Part shown: positions 1 through 10,053 of the stretch, one piece after another
Numbering within the stretch: position 1 is the stretch's first letter
Layout: each line of letters opens with the position of its first letter
Assembly: GCA_030324005.1 (NCBI GenBank)
Contig: JARDVH010000115.1
Coordinates: 9,571,475-9,635,474, forward strand
Length of the DNA: 64,000 nt
Direction: 5' to 3'
Source of the DNA: Negaprion brevirostris
Taxonomy: Eukaryota
Made by a program: the position numbers and the translations under genes
The notes under the pieces: model-generated
What the model was told of the DNA's origin: nothing
Seen by the model: the letters and a program-made list of their open reading frames with translations, nothing else
The model's database searches: none

Positions 1-168
1 TCATCACTTACTCGGTTTTTATCTGTGGGAGACGTGGATAACACTCGGCACCCGAGAAAAAAGGACAAAAGATTCAATCAATACTCTGCATATAATGCTT
101 TTGCCGTGGACTGGTTATGCTCCTGGACTAGTAAACCAGGGGACATGAGATTATTCTCCCCATGGCAG

Positions 169-331
169 CCATGATGTGGAGTTGCCGGCATTGGACTGGG
201 GTAGGCACAGTAAGTGGTCTCACAACACCAGGTTAAATGCCTTCGGCTGATGAAGGGGCAGCGCTCCGAAAGCTCGTGCTACAAATAAACCTGCTGGACT
301 TTAACCTGATCTTGTGAGACTACTTACTACG
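169..331. mobile_element. Inverted pair of Penelope-like LTR fragments (family 1) with a hammerhead core, inserted into an older SINE
   Basis: The arms are reverse complements; 14-bp direct repeat TCTCCCCATGGCAG at 155-168 and 332-345; CTGATGA...GAAAGCTCGTG at 247-278. Confidence 0.8.
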
Positions 332-884
332 TCTCCCCATGGCAGACTGAGAATTAGAATCGGTTTCTTTTTGGGAAGTAAAAAAATTGATCGAAAAATG
401 TGATCTTGGGTTTTGCCAACAAGAAAAGAGAGTTCTTAAACCTTCTGAATATTGTGATTTTCATTAATAAACACAAAGCAGGTTGCCATGAGGATAAACC
501 CCTTTATCTTTGAGAATATGAGTCCTCAGCCAACTGACTGGAAGTCTTACACTTTGGAAATGAGACAGGACAAACCATTTAAAAATGTAAGGCCGCCTCC
601 CAGGATGGATGTTTAAAATAAGCAAACCAGGCACCCTGGGGAGTGGTGAACAGAAGGGCACTCAAGGAACCAGCGAAATTCTTCACTCTCCAGCGCCACG
701 AAGGCATCAGTGGCCATTGCCGGATCTGCAGAAGGAAAAGACCAANNNNNNNNNNNNNNNNNNNNNNNNNNNNNNNNNNNNNNNNNNNNNNNNNNNNNNN
801 NNNNNNNNNNNNNNNNNNNNNNNNNNNNNNNNNNNNNNNNNNNNNATGTAAGCCTACTTGTGACAATAATAAATAACTTGAACT

Positions 885-1085
885 TAAAATGCTGGAAAAC
901 CTCAGCAGGTCTGACAGCATCTGTGGAGAGAGAATAGAGCCAACATTTCGAGTCTGGATGACCCTTTGTCAGAGCTGCTGTGAGCCGCTCTATTCTCTCT
1001 CCACAGATGCTGTCAGACTTGCTGAGATTTTCCAGCAATTTAAGTTTTTGTTTCAGATCCCAGAATCCACAGTAATTTACTTTTA
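885..1085. mobile_element. Inverted-repeat element (family 2, probably Penelope-related) with a decayed hammerhead on the - strand at 939-975
   Basis: Arms atgctggaaaacctcagcaggtctgacagcatctgtggagagagaatagagc and its reverse complement; the - strand reads GCT-CTGACAA-A-GGGTC-ATCCA-GACTC-GAAATGTT-GGC. Confidence 0.7.
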
Positions 1086-1239
1086 ACTTAAACTCCCTTC
1101 TTTCTCCCCTATGTATTCTATGAATCATCTGCTTTGTCTGCATAGCGCACTAGAAACAATACCTTTTTAGCATATGCCAATACATGTGACAATAATAAAC
1201 AAATCAAATCCTGCTCCGACTCTCCTTGTTTGACCAATG

Positions 1240-1885
1240 CTGGCTGTCTGGAGACAATACATATCTCTCTAACCTATGCTTAATGCTATCTCCACTGACA
1301 TTGTCCCTGGGGCTGGGGTGCATTATTGACTCTAATAATCACATTTTAAGTTGATGTTTTCAAGTTTCCTTTGTACTTTGATTTCGTTCAGGCTGTTGCC
1401 GCTCCTTTTGGGAGCTGCCCCTTTTACTTTGTCCTGATTTAACTTGAGTTTGTTTCTTTGGTTTGACCTTAAAAGAGGCTACTGATATTGTCCCCGTTGG
1501 GCACCGCAGGGACTGAGTGCATTATCAACCCTAATAATCAGATTTTAAGTGATTTTTTAAGTTTCCTTTGTACTTTGATTTTGTTCGGGCTGTCCCCCCT
1601 CCTTTTGGGAAGCTGCCCCTTTTACTTTGTCCTGATTTAACTTGAGTTTGTTTATTTGGTTTGACTTTAAAAGAGGCCACTGACATTGTCTGCATCTTTA
1701 AGACTGGGTTAGCTGTAAAGACTCGCATTCTAATCAGAATTCTGTAAACTGAGTGTGTGTCTTCATATGCCCTGTTTGGTGATCAGAACTCCCCACTCGC
1801 CTGACGAAGGGACAGAGCCTCGAAAGCGAGTGACGTTTGCTACCAAATAAACCTGTTGGATTTTAACCTGGTTTGTGAGACTCCT
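1240..1885 (+). mobile_element. Penelope-like LTR (family 1) interrupted by two Tx1-like 3' ends; degenerate hammerhead at 1798-1832
   Basis: Aligns by eye to the LTR at 9735-10053 on both sides of the 1306-1676 insert. Confidence 0.7.
1306..1676 (+). mobile_element. Two tandem 5'-truncated Tx1-clade LINE 3' ends (1306-1478 and 1493-1676)
   Basis: Both match the element at 4085-4358; they are bounded by three copies of CCACTGACATTGTC (1292-1305, variant 1479-1492, 1677-1690). Confidence 0.7.
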
Positions 1886-2178
1886 CTACCTCCTGTTCAG
1901 TGAGTGCTAAGCCAAGCAGCCAGAGGTTACTAGAGTTCATGGGAAGTGGGTGGGCGTGGCCATGGAACGCCAAGCCCCGCCCTGGCCCCGCTCGACCACG
2001 TGATCCCAGGACGCGGCTCGCCATTGGTGGAAGGATGGGGGTATGACGTGTTTCCGGTGTTTGTCCCGCAGTTGCACTGGTTCATTCGCTTCCGAGCTGG
2101 CCAGCTGTTGGGGTTGTGGGCAAACCTGTGCGGGTAAAACCTCGGTCCGGGGGGGGGTGAAAGATATAAACGTATATT

Positions 2179-2179
<1 letters not shown>

Positions 2180-2241
<62 letters not shown>
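2180..2241. repeat. 62-nt poly(C) homopolymer, possibly a sequencing or assembly artefact
   Basis: Uninterrupted C run in the sequence. Confidence 0.9.
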
Positions 2242-2242
<1 letters not shown>

Positions 2243-2277
2243 CAGGGGGGAACGGCCGGAGGGGGCGTAGCGGCGAC

Positions 2278-2450
2278 GGGAAAGCGGACCGAGTAGGGGC
2301 AGCAGCTGGCCAGCGAAGCCGGACCGAGTAGGGGCAGCGGGAAAGCGGACCGAGTAGGGGCAACAGCTGGCTTGCGAAGCCCGGCCGAGCAGGGGCAGTG
2401 GGAAAGCGGACCGAGTAGGGGCAACGGGAAAGCGGACGGTGTAGGGCGGA
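2278..2450 (+). repeat. GC-rich minisatellite in the putative 5' UTR, core CGGACCGAGTAGGGGCA
   Basis: Core at 2285, 2320, 2346, 2381 (variant), 2407 and 2433 (degenerate); spacing 35/26/35/26/26. Confidence 0.9.
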
Positions 2451-2476
2451 GGAGGAGGAGAAAGCGGTGGGCCGGC

Positions 2477-2611
2477 ATGGAGGGCAAGCTGGCGCCCAAC
2501 GGGGATATTTACAGCACTGTCAACGGCTTCATGGAGAAAGCGCACTCGGACGCCAAGGTGACGGCTCGGAAGAACGGCTTCGTGAAGCCTGCTTTCGCCC
2601 AGAACGGGAAG
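2477..2611 (+). CDS. SPTLC2: SPTLC2 coding exon 1 (MEGKLAPNGD...FAQNGK, 45 codons)
   Basis: ATG in strong Kozak context (ggcATGg) inside a CpG island; ends AAG|gtaagg; 135 nt, phase 0, joining in frame to exon 2. Length and NG-rich character resemble mammalian exon 1, but the sequence itself is poorly conserved. Confidence 0.85.
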
Positions 2612-3058
2612 GTAAGGCGGCAAAAATGGAAGGAGATGGAGGAGGCTCCCCCCAGCAAGGTGGATGCAAGACTTACCTGAGCAGGTGGCAGGGGTGGGGA
2701 TGTCCTGTGCGTAAGTTGTGCAGAGAGGATGTTCCGGGTGTGTTTGCAATGGTTTGGGAATGACTCCAAACTCGAGGGAGCCTTTGGCTGTATGCAAATG
2801 TTATGGAGCAGACTAGAAAGATTGACAGTCATAACTTGGGTTTTGATTATGTTGACATTAGTACTGTATAATCATTGTAGCCACTTTTGTATAAGTGCAA
2901 ATTTTCAGATACTATTCCAAGTAGTGCTGTACCCAAGAGTGAACTAGTTAAAGGAATTTGGACAAGTTTTACATTGTTTCACAAACTTGTGCATAAAAAG
3001 TAATGCTATGACTTTTTGAGAGTGAAGGACTGTTGTCTGAGGTACCAATTATGAATTA

Positions 3059-3335
3059 GGGTGGCACAGTGGTTAGCACTGCTGCCTCAGCACCAGGGAT
3101 CCTGGTTCAATTCCAGGCTTGGGCGACTGGAGTTTGCACATTCTCGCTGTGTGGGTTTTCTCCCACAATCCAAAGTTGTGTAATTTAGGTGGATTGATCA
3201 TACTAAATTGCCCCTTAGTGTCGGGGCATTAGCAGCATAAGTCTGTGGGTTGTGGGGATAGGGCCTGGGTGGAATTGTTGGTGCAGGCTCGATGGGCTGA
3301 ATGGTGGCTTCCTACACTGGGGATTCTATCCTATC
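3059..3335 (+). mobile_element. tRNA-derived SINE (HE1/V-SINE-like) with a CR1-type tail
   Basis: A box (TGGCACAGTGG), B box (GGTTCAATTCC), V-domain-like ggagtttgcacattctc...gtgggtttt. Related copies at ~18711-18932(+), 23836-24025(+), 36504-36700(+), 42815-43068(-) and 62003-62308(-). Confidence 0.75.
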
Positions 3336-4084
3336 AATGAATAATTTGGGGAATTAAAATATTCAAATTCTCATAGTTGATTTTGGCCGTCACAAGGCAT
3401 TCTGTTTGTTGTCTGTTCGCTCTTTGCTGAAGCAATCTAAAAGTAATCCTGTTGCTCTGTGTCTGAACTTTATGCACCTCAGTTAAATCTCCTTTCCAAA
3501 GAAAACAAACACAGTCTACCTAATCTTTCCCTCTGAACTAAAATTATCCATTCCTGTCAACAAAGGCATTGGAGAGGCTGCAGAAGGATTTAAGAATGGT
3601 TCTGGGATGCAGAACTTCAATTAGTGAATAGATTGAAGTAAAGGAGGTTTGATAGAATAGATGGGGGGGGTGAAACTTCCTGTTGATGGAAGAATTGAGA
3701 ACCAGGGGACACCTGTTTGAGGCAATTGGCTAATAGAGCCAAAATACGATGGCAGGAGCAAGAACTTTTATACACAGAATGTGACGTTAAATGCACTGTC
3801 CGAGTCTGGTGCAAAGCTGGTATGAATAAGACAGGCCATATTTACCCTCCGTGCTATAACTGTTCTATGACTCAGTGAAATTCTCTGGTGTTTTTTGTGA
3901 GCACAATTTTCCTGTAATGCAGTCATCAATTTGTACATAACTCCGGTCTAATTATTATAGATTCTCAGCATTACTTGCGTGGCTCTTGTGTATTCATCCT
4001 CAGCTAAGAAAAGGAAGTATCCCTTATGCTGTCTTAAGCAACCTTATCTGCATGCCTGATTACTGTCATGTTCTGTAGACTTGT

Positions 4085-4358
4085 AGCAGGTGATTGAGGG
4101 GGCTGTCCATCCTGACTGCTCCTCTACTGTGGCTATGTATGCAGCCAGGTGTCCCTGGAGAGGGAGCATGTGGTGTCCACAGGTGCAGTTGATGCCTTCC
4201 ACACCCATTGGGCACCACAGGGGCTGGGGTGCATTATCAACCCTTTCAAGTTTCCTTTGTACTTTGGTTTTGTTCAGGCTGTTCCCCCTCCTTTTGGGGA
4301 GCTGCTCCTTTTACTTTGTCCTCATTTAAATAGAGTTTGTTTATTTGACCTTAAGGCC
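4085..4358 (+). mobile_element. Tx1-clade (L1 group) LINE 3' fragment
   Basis: Translates VSLEREHVVSTGAVDAFHTHWAPQGLGCII, resembling Tx1 ORF2 C-termini, followed by a pyrimidine-rich 3' UTR shared with 1306-1676. Confidence 0.6.
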
Positions 4359-4359
4359 A

Positions 4360-4540
4360 AGATCCCAGTATTGTGTGTCCCTTTGCCTTGTTTGTTTCCT
4401 CCCAAACACATTACCTCAAATTTCTGTGGAATTATTCCGTTTGTCACTTTTCCATCCACCTGCACACCTTCCTGCTGTCCACTGCTTTCTTCTGCACTGT
4501 TAGTAATGCGGCAGATTTTTGTATCATCTGCAAACTTTTT
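4360..4540 (-). mobile_element. CR1 LINE reverse-transcriptase remnant (similar fragments at ~5950-6110 and ~31140-31310)
   Basis: The - strand encodes KFADDTK (RT catalytic motif) at ~4518-4537. Confidence 0.65.
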
Positions 4541-6871
4541 AAGTTTAAATCTAACCTGTCTGAAATTAAATTTTACAATTCAGTGTTACAGTAGTGTTGC
4601 ATTTGATAGGAAGTTACTTGGCCTGGCACAATAATGCAACTCTGAAAGCGTCTGAATTTAAAAGCAACATGTCTCGTGTTTCTCAATGGAAGCATTTATT
4701 ATATTTAGCTAATAGTTCAGTATAAGCCCTTGTGCACTTTTAACCACTTTAACAAATACAGCAATTGTTGCTGCCTGAGATTGGTGCACACATTGTCACT
4801 AAACTAGATTAGTGTAACTATTTACTGATATGACCATAATTGTTTCTGACATCATGCAGCGGATATTTATTTATTGAACACATAATTAAATGTGACGTTA
4901 ACAACCAAGTGATAGTGGAGAATGTGAGGGTGGTTTTATTTGGACAGCTCTTTAAAAGAGCTGGCATAGGCACAACAGACCAAATGATCTTTCTGTGCTA
5001 TAAGATCTTCTTATATTTCCTTTCCACAAAGCTAAGTCATATTATTCTACTTGTGTGGGAGAGTTCTTTTTGTAGGTTATTGTTTCACATTATTAGCAAT
5101 TCTAATTTAAACTTGATGTGTTTTGCTGTATAATTTTTGTGCCCTAAATTCCCTCCCATCCACAATTCTGTCATTTTAATTGCTATGGTCTAGCTAGGAA
5201 GAAAATGAACACGAAATAAGATCAGTCTTAGTGATGGGGAAGAAAGTAAAATATCACTCCTTTTTTAAATATATTTTATTGCTTTGATGCCCAGCACTTT
5301 AGGTTTCTTTCCCATCCTTTGAGATCTGGGGTCACAGGAGCACCATGGGTATTTCTAGACCTTTATAGTTCCTGTGGTGCTAACATCAACTAATTCAGTC
5401 CCAAATTTAAATACTGTCTATGATTTATAAGACTTGACTGTTGGATAATTTAATTAACCGTACAGGTGTCCAGTATATTTGTTTATTGTTTGGGTAGAAA
5501 ATGCAGTGTTGACACTGATTCAGGAAGACATGCTTCATAATTCCGTTGCAAGGTTTCCTTTCATGTTTACTCAGGATTCTGTGTCTTGAGAATTGTATTT
5601 TTGTTTGTGCCAGAACTTGTTCATTCTAAAACTGGAAAAGAGTCCCTTTTCAAAAAAATGCTCAAACGTAAACACAGATTTAAAATTGGGAATGAGATTG
5701 CCAACCAACCTTGATTAGAATTTGGGAAGGATTAGTGACAAGTTACACAACACACTCTCAAGGACTTATAAAATAGTGAAATTGCAACAGGAACAGAGAA
5801 CTGGGGGGACAGAGATTCATACCTACTTGCTACTGATCGTTTTTATTGATGGTAAACAACTGCTGCAAGATTATTTTGAGCAAGTCACGTTCTGTGGACA
5901 TACACCCAAGATCCCACTGCTCTTTTACACTTCTCAGAATCCTCCCATTTATTGTCTATTCCTTTGCCTTGATTGTTTCCCCAAACACATCAAATTTCAT
6001 GGAATTTGATTCCATGTCACATTCCCACCCACTTGACCATTGATACCTTCTTGCAGTCCATTGCTTTCTTCTGAGTAATGTGGCCAATTTTTGTATCATC
6101 TGCAAACTTCTTGTATGTAGATACTTTTTTCTGAACAATTGATTTTGTTTCTGCTTGTAATTGCACCCTTGACCCAGGTTCAATTCTGTATTATTTTTGT
6201 GCTTATAATTCTTTGTCACAGTTCTGTGTGTATTGTTATCCTGGTGCTCTCAGCACCCTATCTATATATCAGGTTGCTGAACTTGTTTTGTGATTGTATG
6301 GAGTGTGTGATTATATGCCACACCCAAAAGTCTAGGATGGTCCAGATAATTATTACACACTGTTCAGGTGTGAAAGATTCTTTTTAAGGCTGTATAAGTT
6401 CTCTGGGAGTCTGGTTTTGTTTGTAAAATGAAAGTTTATTCTTGTAGTTAGTATGTGGAGTTTATTTCGTCTGCTCCTAGAAGAGTTATTGTGTGCAAAA
6501 CTGTCTGTCTGGATTAGGGTTTAACAGCTTTTAATTAGTCAACACATTTTATGCTTGGTGACCAGCATGGCAATGTCAGTTTTGATTTACAATTGCCTTA
6601 ATTCAACTTTGATTTTTGCCTGATATTAAAAGCTCATTGCTAACATTTTACAGTACAATTCTACTTTAGCACAAAAACTACTTTATAGAGCAGAAGCAGA
6701 AATTATTTTTATTCACAATAGCCTGAAAATTTAAATGGAGATAATTTTGCTAATTAATCTAAAGAATCAAATCACAAGTGTGGAACTTCCCCAGCATAGA
6801 CTTGAATATAAGTACAGTGCTATCAAGGATTGGAATTTATTACAGTTAAGAATTCTATACGTAATGACAGG

Positions 6872-7100
6872 GAGGGTCAGTTAGCTCAGTTGGCTGGTTT
6901 GTGACGCAACATTAGTGATGCCAGCAGTGCAAGTTAAATTCCTGTATCAGCCGAGGTTACTTATGAAGGCCCTGCCTTTTCAACCTTGCCTGTGGCCTGA
7001 GGTATGGTGATCTCAGGTTAAATCACCACCAGTCAGCTGTCCCCCTCAAAAGGGGAGAGCAGCCTATACTCATCTGGAACTATGGCAACTTTACTTTTTC
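6872..7100 (+). mobile_element. tRNA-derived SINE of a different family
   Basis: tRNA-like head TAGCTCAGTTGG, decayed B box, short actttactttt tail. Confidence 0.55.
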
Positions 7101-8659
7101 TTACATAATGACCATAAATTTTATGCTTTAAGCTTGATGCTGGAAAGCACATTCAGAAGTTATTCTTGAGTACTAACGCAAATTGATATTTTCCATTGTG
7201 CCCTTCCTAATTATCAAAAGTTTAGTGACATTCAAGGGGCAGGCTTGATAATTACCAACATGTAATGGGTACATCAAATTCATTTACTGTCCATTATTAC
7301 AGCTTGTCTCCAATGACTTGATGTTGATTTGCCTGCAGATCACCACTTAGAAAATGAAGCACATCATCCAGGAATGGAAGTATTCTTTCTCAGTCAGACT
7401 TGACAAATGAGAAATTTCATTCTTTAGCAGTGTTCCATCATGTTGTACAAAATTTTTAACTAATAAATTCTTAAACTGTCTATTCCAGGTAAATTTGGTT
7501 GGATTTTTTTGGTCCCTCTAATTACATTTATTCAATTATATCAGAGTGGTCTTCAATGTTTTCCAATTAATAAATATCAATTAGCTGTGAGTGAACCATG
7601 TGTATTGAGATGCCTACGACAATCCCATCTTGTCTTTTTATAACAAATTGGACTCTAGGATTTTCAAGAATCAAATCTACTAAATTAGTCCATTATTGGA
7701 AATTTCAATATCATTCATAACAAGTGAAAAAGAATACAAGCAATCACCAGTAACATTTTCCAAAAAAAGTTTTTTAAGGTAATTTCGTATGGCACTTCAA
7801 TTTTATGACAAATCTTCCATTGAATACACCTGTTTGTACCTTTTAAAATCTTCACTACAATTGCTGTTCTCGTTCCAGTCTACTGAGACAGCAGTAGGGT
7901 AAGTGAAGGGGGCAATCCAATTTGCCACTTTATCATCTTAATAACATAAAATTGCTCGAAATATTTTCCCAAGATGTTAACTAACTGCATCACCTAACTA
8001 CTTAGATTTTTTTTCTTCATGTAGTTTATCACAGTAATTAGTTCCTCCTCCCACACCCACTTTACAGGGTGAATGACCTACGTAATGGAAGAAGTCATGA
8101 TTGACTTTAGACCCTGACACGAGGAAAGGATATGACTTGTTAAAGAACATTTACTTGTGTCTGGCCTTTGTTGCTGTGTGTAGCATAAACTCTTCCAGAA
8201 CCCCTCAAGTTGGTAATTTCTGATGTCTAGCTTCTGTTGTAAGTGACGGTGAATGCATTGTATGCACGCAGGTTGCTTGCGTAAGCTGAATGAGTGTTTT
8301 CTAACGAGATTAGATTTTTAATGCAGTCTCCGTGATGCGGTGATGACCTCAATGGAATGTTATGCCACACTTTAACCTTGGCATCATCACCCTGAAATAT
8401 TGACTCCCACAGATGCTAATGCCTGACCATCATTTTCAGCATTATCAACTTGAAGTTGATTTGGCCTATATTAGTCTGCTGATGTACAAATAAAGCAAAC
8501 CTTTTAGTTTTAAAAAAAGTTGTCTTTTTTTATTCATTCACAGGATGTGGGCTTCATTGGTGAGACTGGCATTTATTGCCTATCCTAAATCTATGTAAGA
8601 TTAACTACAAATCCAATCTTTTGAGATGGGGTAGCCTGATATGGTGCACTTTTGCTGAT

Positions 8660-9330
8660 GGTTGAAGAGACCAATCTGAGTGGCCGGTTCTGCCACAAGT
8701 GTCACGTATGAAGCGGTCATCAGATGTCTGTGTTGGCACGTGTTGTCAGACACTACAGCCACTCACTGTCATGGTGATGCAAAGAGGCCACCCACAGGTG
8801 ATGCCATTTTCCTTTGGTGTCAGCTTATGGGCTTTTGTAACACTCAACATCCTTCATCAGAGCTTTGGACATCCTGTTACTCTTGTGGATCCAGCTAACT
8901 TAATGTAATTTCCTCAGGAAATGTCACCATTTTTCATCCTACAAAAATGCCCAAGCTGACATAGTCATCTCTGCTTGCCAAATGCCAACACAGTTGGGAG
9001 CTTTGCTCTTGGAAGAATTGCCACGTACATGAATTTTGTCTTTCCACGAGATGCCTGGAATGTGCAGCAAGCAGCAACGATGAACATTGTTGAGCTTCCT
9101 TCCTTGATAACTGAGTTCTGCATGTTTCAAAGCCATACACTGAAGTGTTGAGAACGCAGGCTGTTTTGAGAGTCGACTCTCCCTATGTGTATATTGAGTT
9201 CTGCTTTAAGAGACATAGTCACTGTGGATCCAAGCTAGCAGAATTTGCTTACCATTTCCAGTGGCAAGGTGTTTAGTGTGTTCAGGGGTAAAGTTGTGAA
9301 ACCTTGTCCCATGATGACAATTACTTGATG
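8660..9330 (-). mobile_element. Decayed RTE-clade LINE 3' region
   Basis: The - strand reads QGRKLNNVHRCCLLHIPGISWKDKI, matching the RTE/BovB-type LNxFHxRCLRxIxGIxWxDK motif; frameshifted. Confidence 0.6.
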
Positions 9331-9411
9331 CTTATAGTAAGAGGACAATGGCTGTCTGTTTCTCATTAGCAATAATGGGGAGGCCTTTGCTTGGTCATGC
9401 TTACAGATGAA

Positions 9412-10053
9412 GTGACTCGGCCAATGTTGTCTACCTGATAAGCTGCAGCCAAGGCATGGTACATTGGCAAGACCGTGCAGATGCTATGATAGTGGATGAA
9501 TGGACATCACTTGACAATCACCAGGCAGGAGTGTTCCCTTCCTGTTGGGAAACACTTCAGCAATCGAGGACATTTGACCTCTAATTTTTGGGTAAGCATT
9601 CTCCAAGGCAGCCTTCAAGACACGTGACAATGCAGAATCACTGAGCAGAATTGCCAAACAGAAACTGATAACCAAGTTCTGCACACGAGGGCAGCCTCAA
9701 CCGGAATTTTGGGTTCATGTCACATTACCTGTAACCCCCCACGACTTGTCTGGGCTTGCAAAATCTCACTAACTGTCCTGCCTTGAGACAATTCACACCT
9801 CTCTAACCTGTACTTAACCTCCTCTCCACTCATTGTTTGCAACTGTAAAGACTTAGTTACCTGTTAAGACGCTCCATTCCAACTATTGTCTTGTCTATCT
9901 ATATATGCCCTGTTTGTGAACCCAGTCCTCCACTCACCTGATGAAGGGGCAGTGCTNNNAAGCTTGTGCTACCAAATAAACCTGTTGGACTTAACTGGTG
10001 TTGTAAGACTTCTTATGGTGCCTACTGCAGTCCAACACTGACATCTCTACATC
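9412..10053 (+). mobile_element. Penelope-like element 3' part: GIY-YIG endonuclease remnant (9412-9734) plus LTR with hammerhead (9935-9968)
   Basis: Broken frame DSANVVYLISC...WYIGKTVQ...WMNGHH...SLPVGKHFS...EQ...KLITKF...LNRNFGFMSHYL*; the LTR contains CAC-CTGATGA-A-GGGGC-AGT-GCTnnn-AAGCTT-GTG. Confidence 0.85.

Larger units (their letters stand above)
1940..2700 (+). promoter_or_regulatory. CpG-island promoter and 5' region of SPTLC2
   Basis: The only strongly GC- and CpG-rich stretch in a CpG-depleted window. It contains GC boxes (GGGCGTGG ~1952, CCCCGCCC ~1975), E-box CACGTG 1997-2002, inverted CCAAT 2023-2027, TGACGTG 2044-2050, ETS-like TTCCGG 2052-2057 and TATAAA 2165-2170. Confidence 0.8.

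Noticed and set aside
2009-2027. ERSE element (CCAAT-N9-CCACG)
   Set aside because: The spacing and sequence between ATTGG and the nearest CCACG/CGTGG do not fit ERSE or ERSE-II.
2278-2450. Repeat-spacer-like pattern resembling a CRISPR array
   Set aside because: Spacers are 9-18 nt and themselves repeated, the context is eukaryotic, and no cas genes are present.
1930-2797. Long ORFs on both strands with poly-Gly or poly-Pro
   Set aside because: They arise from GC richness, the poly(C) run and the minisatellite; only 2477-2611 has splice and homology support.
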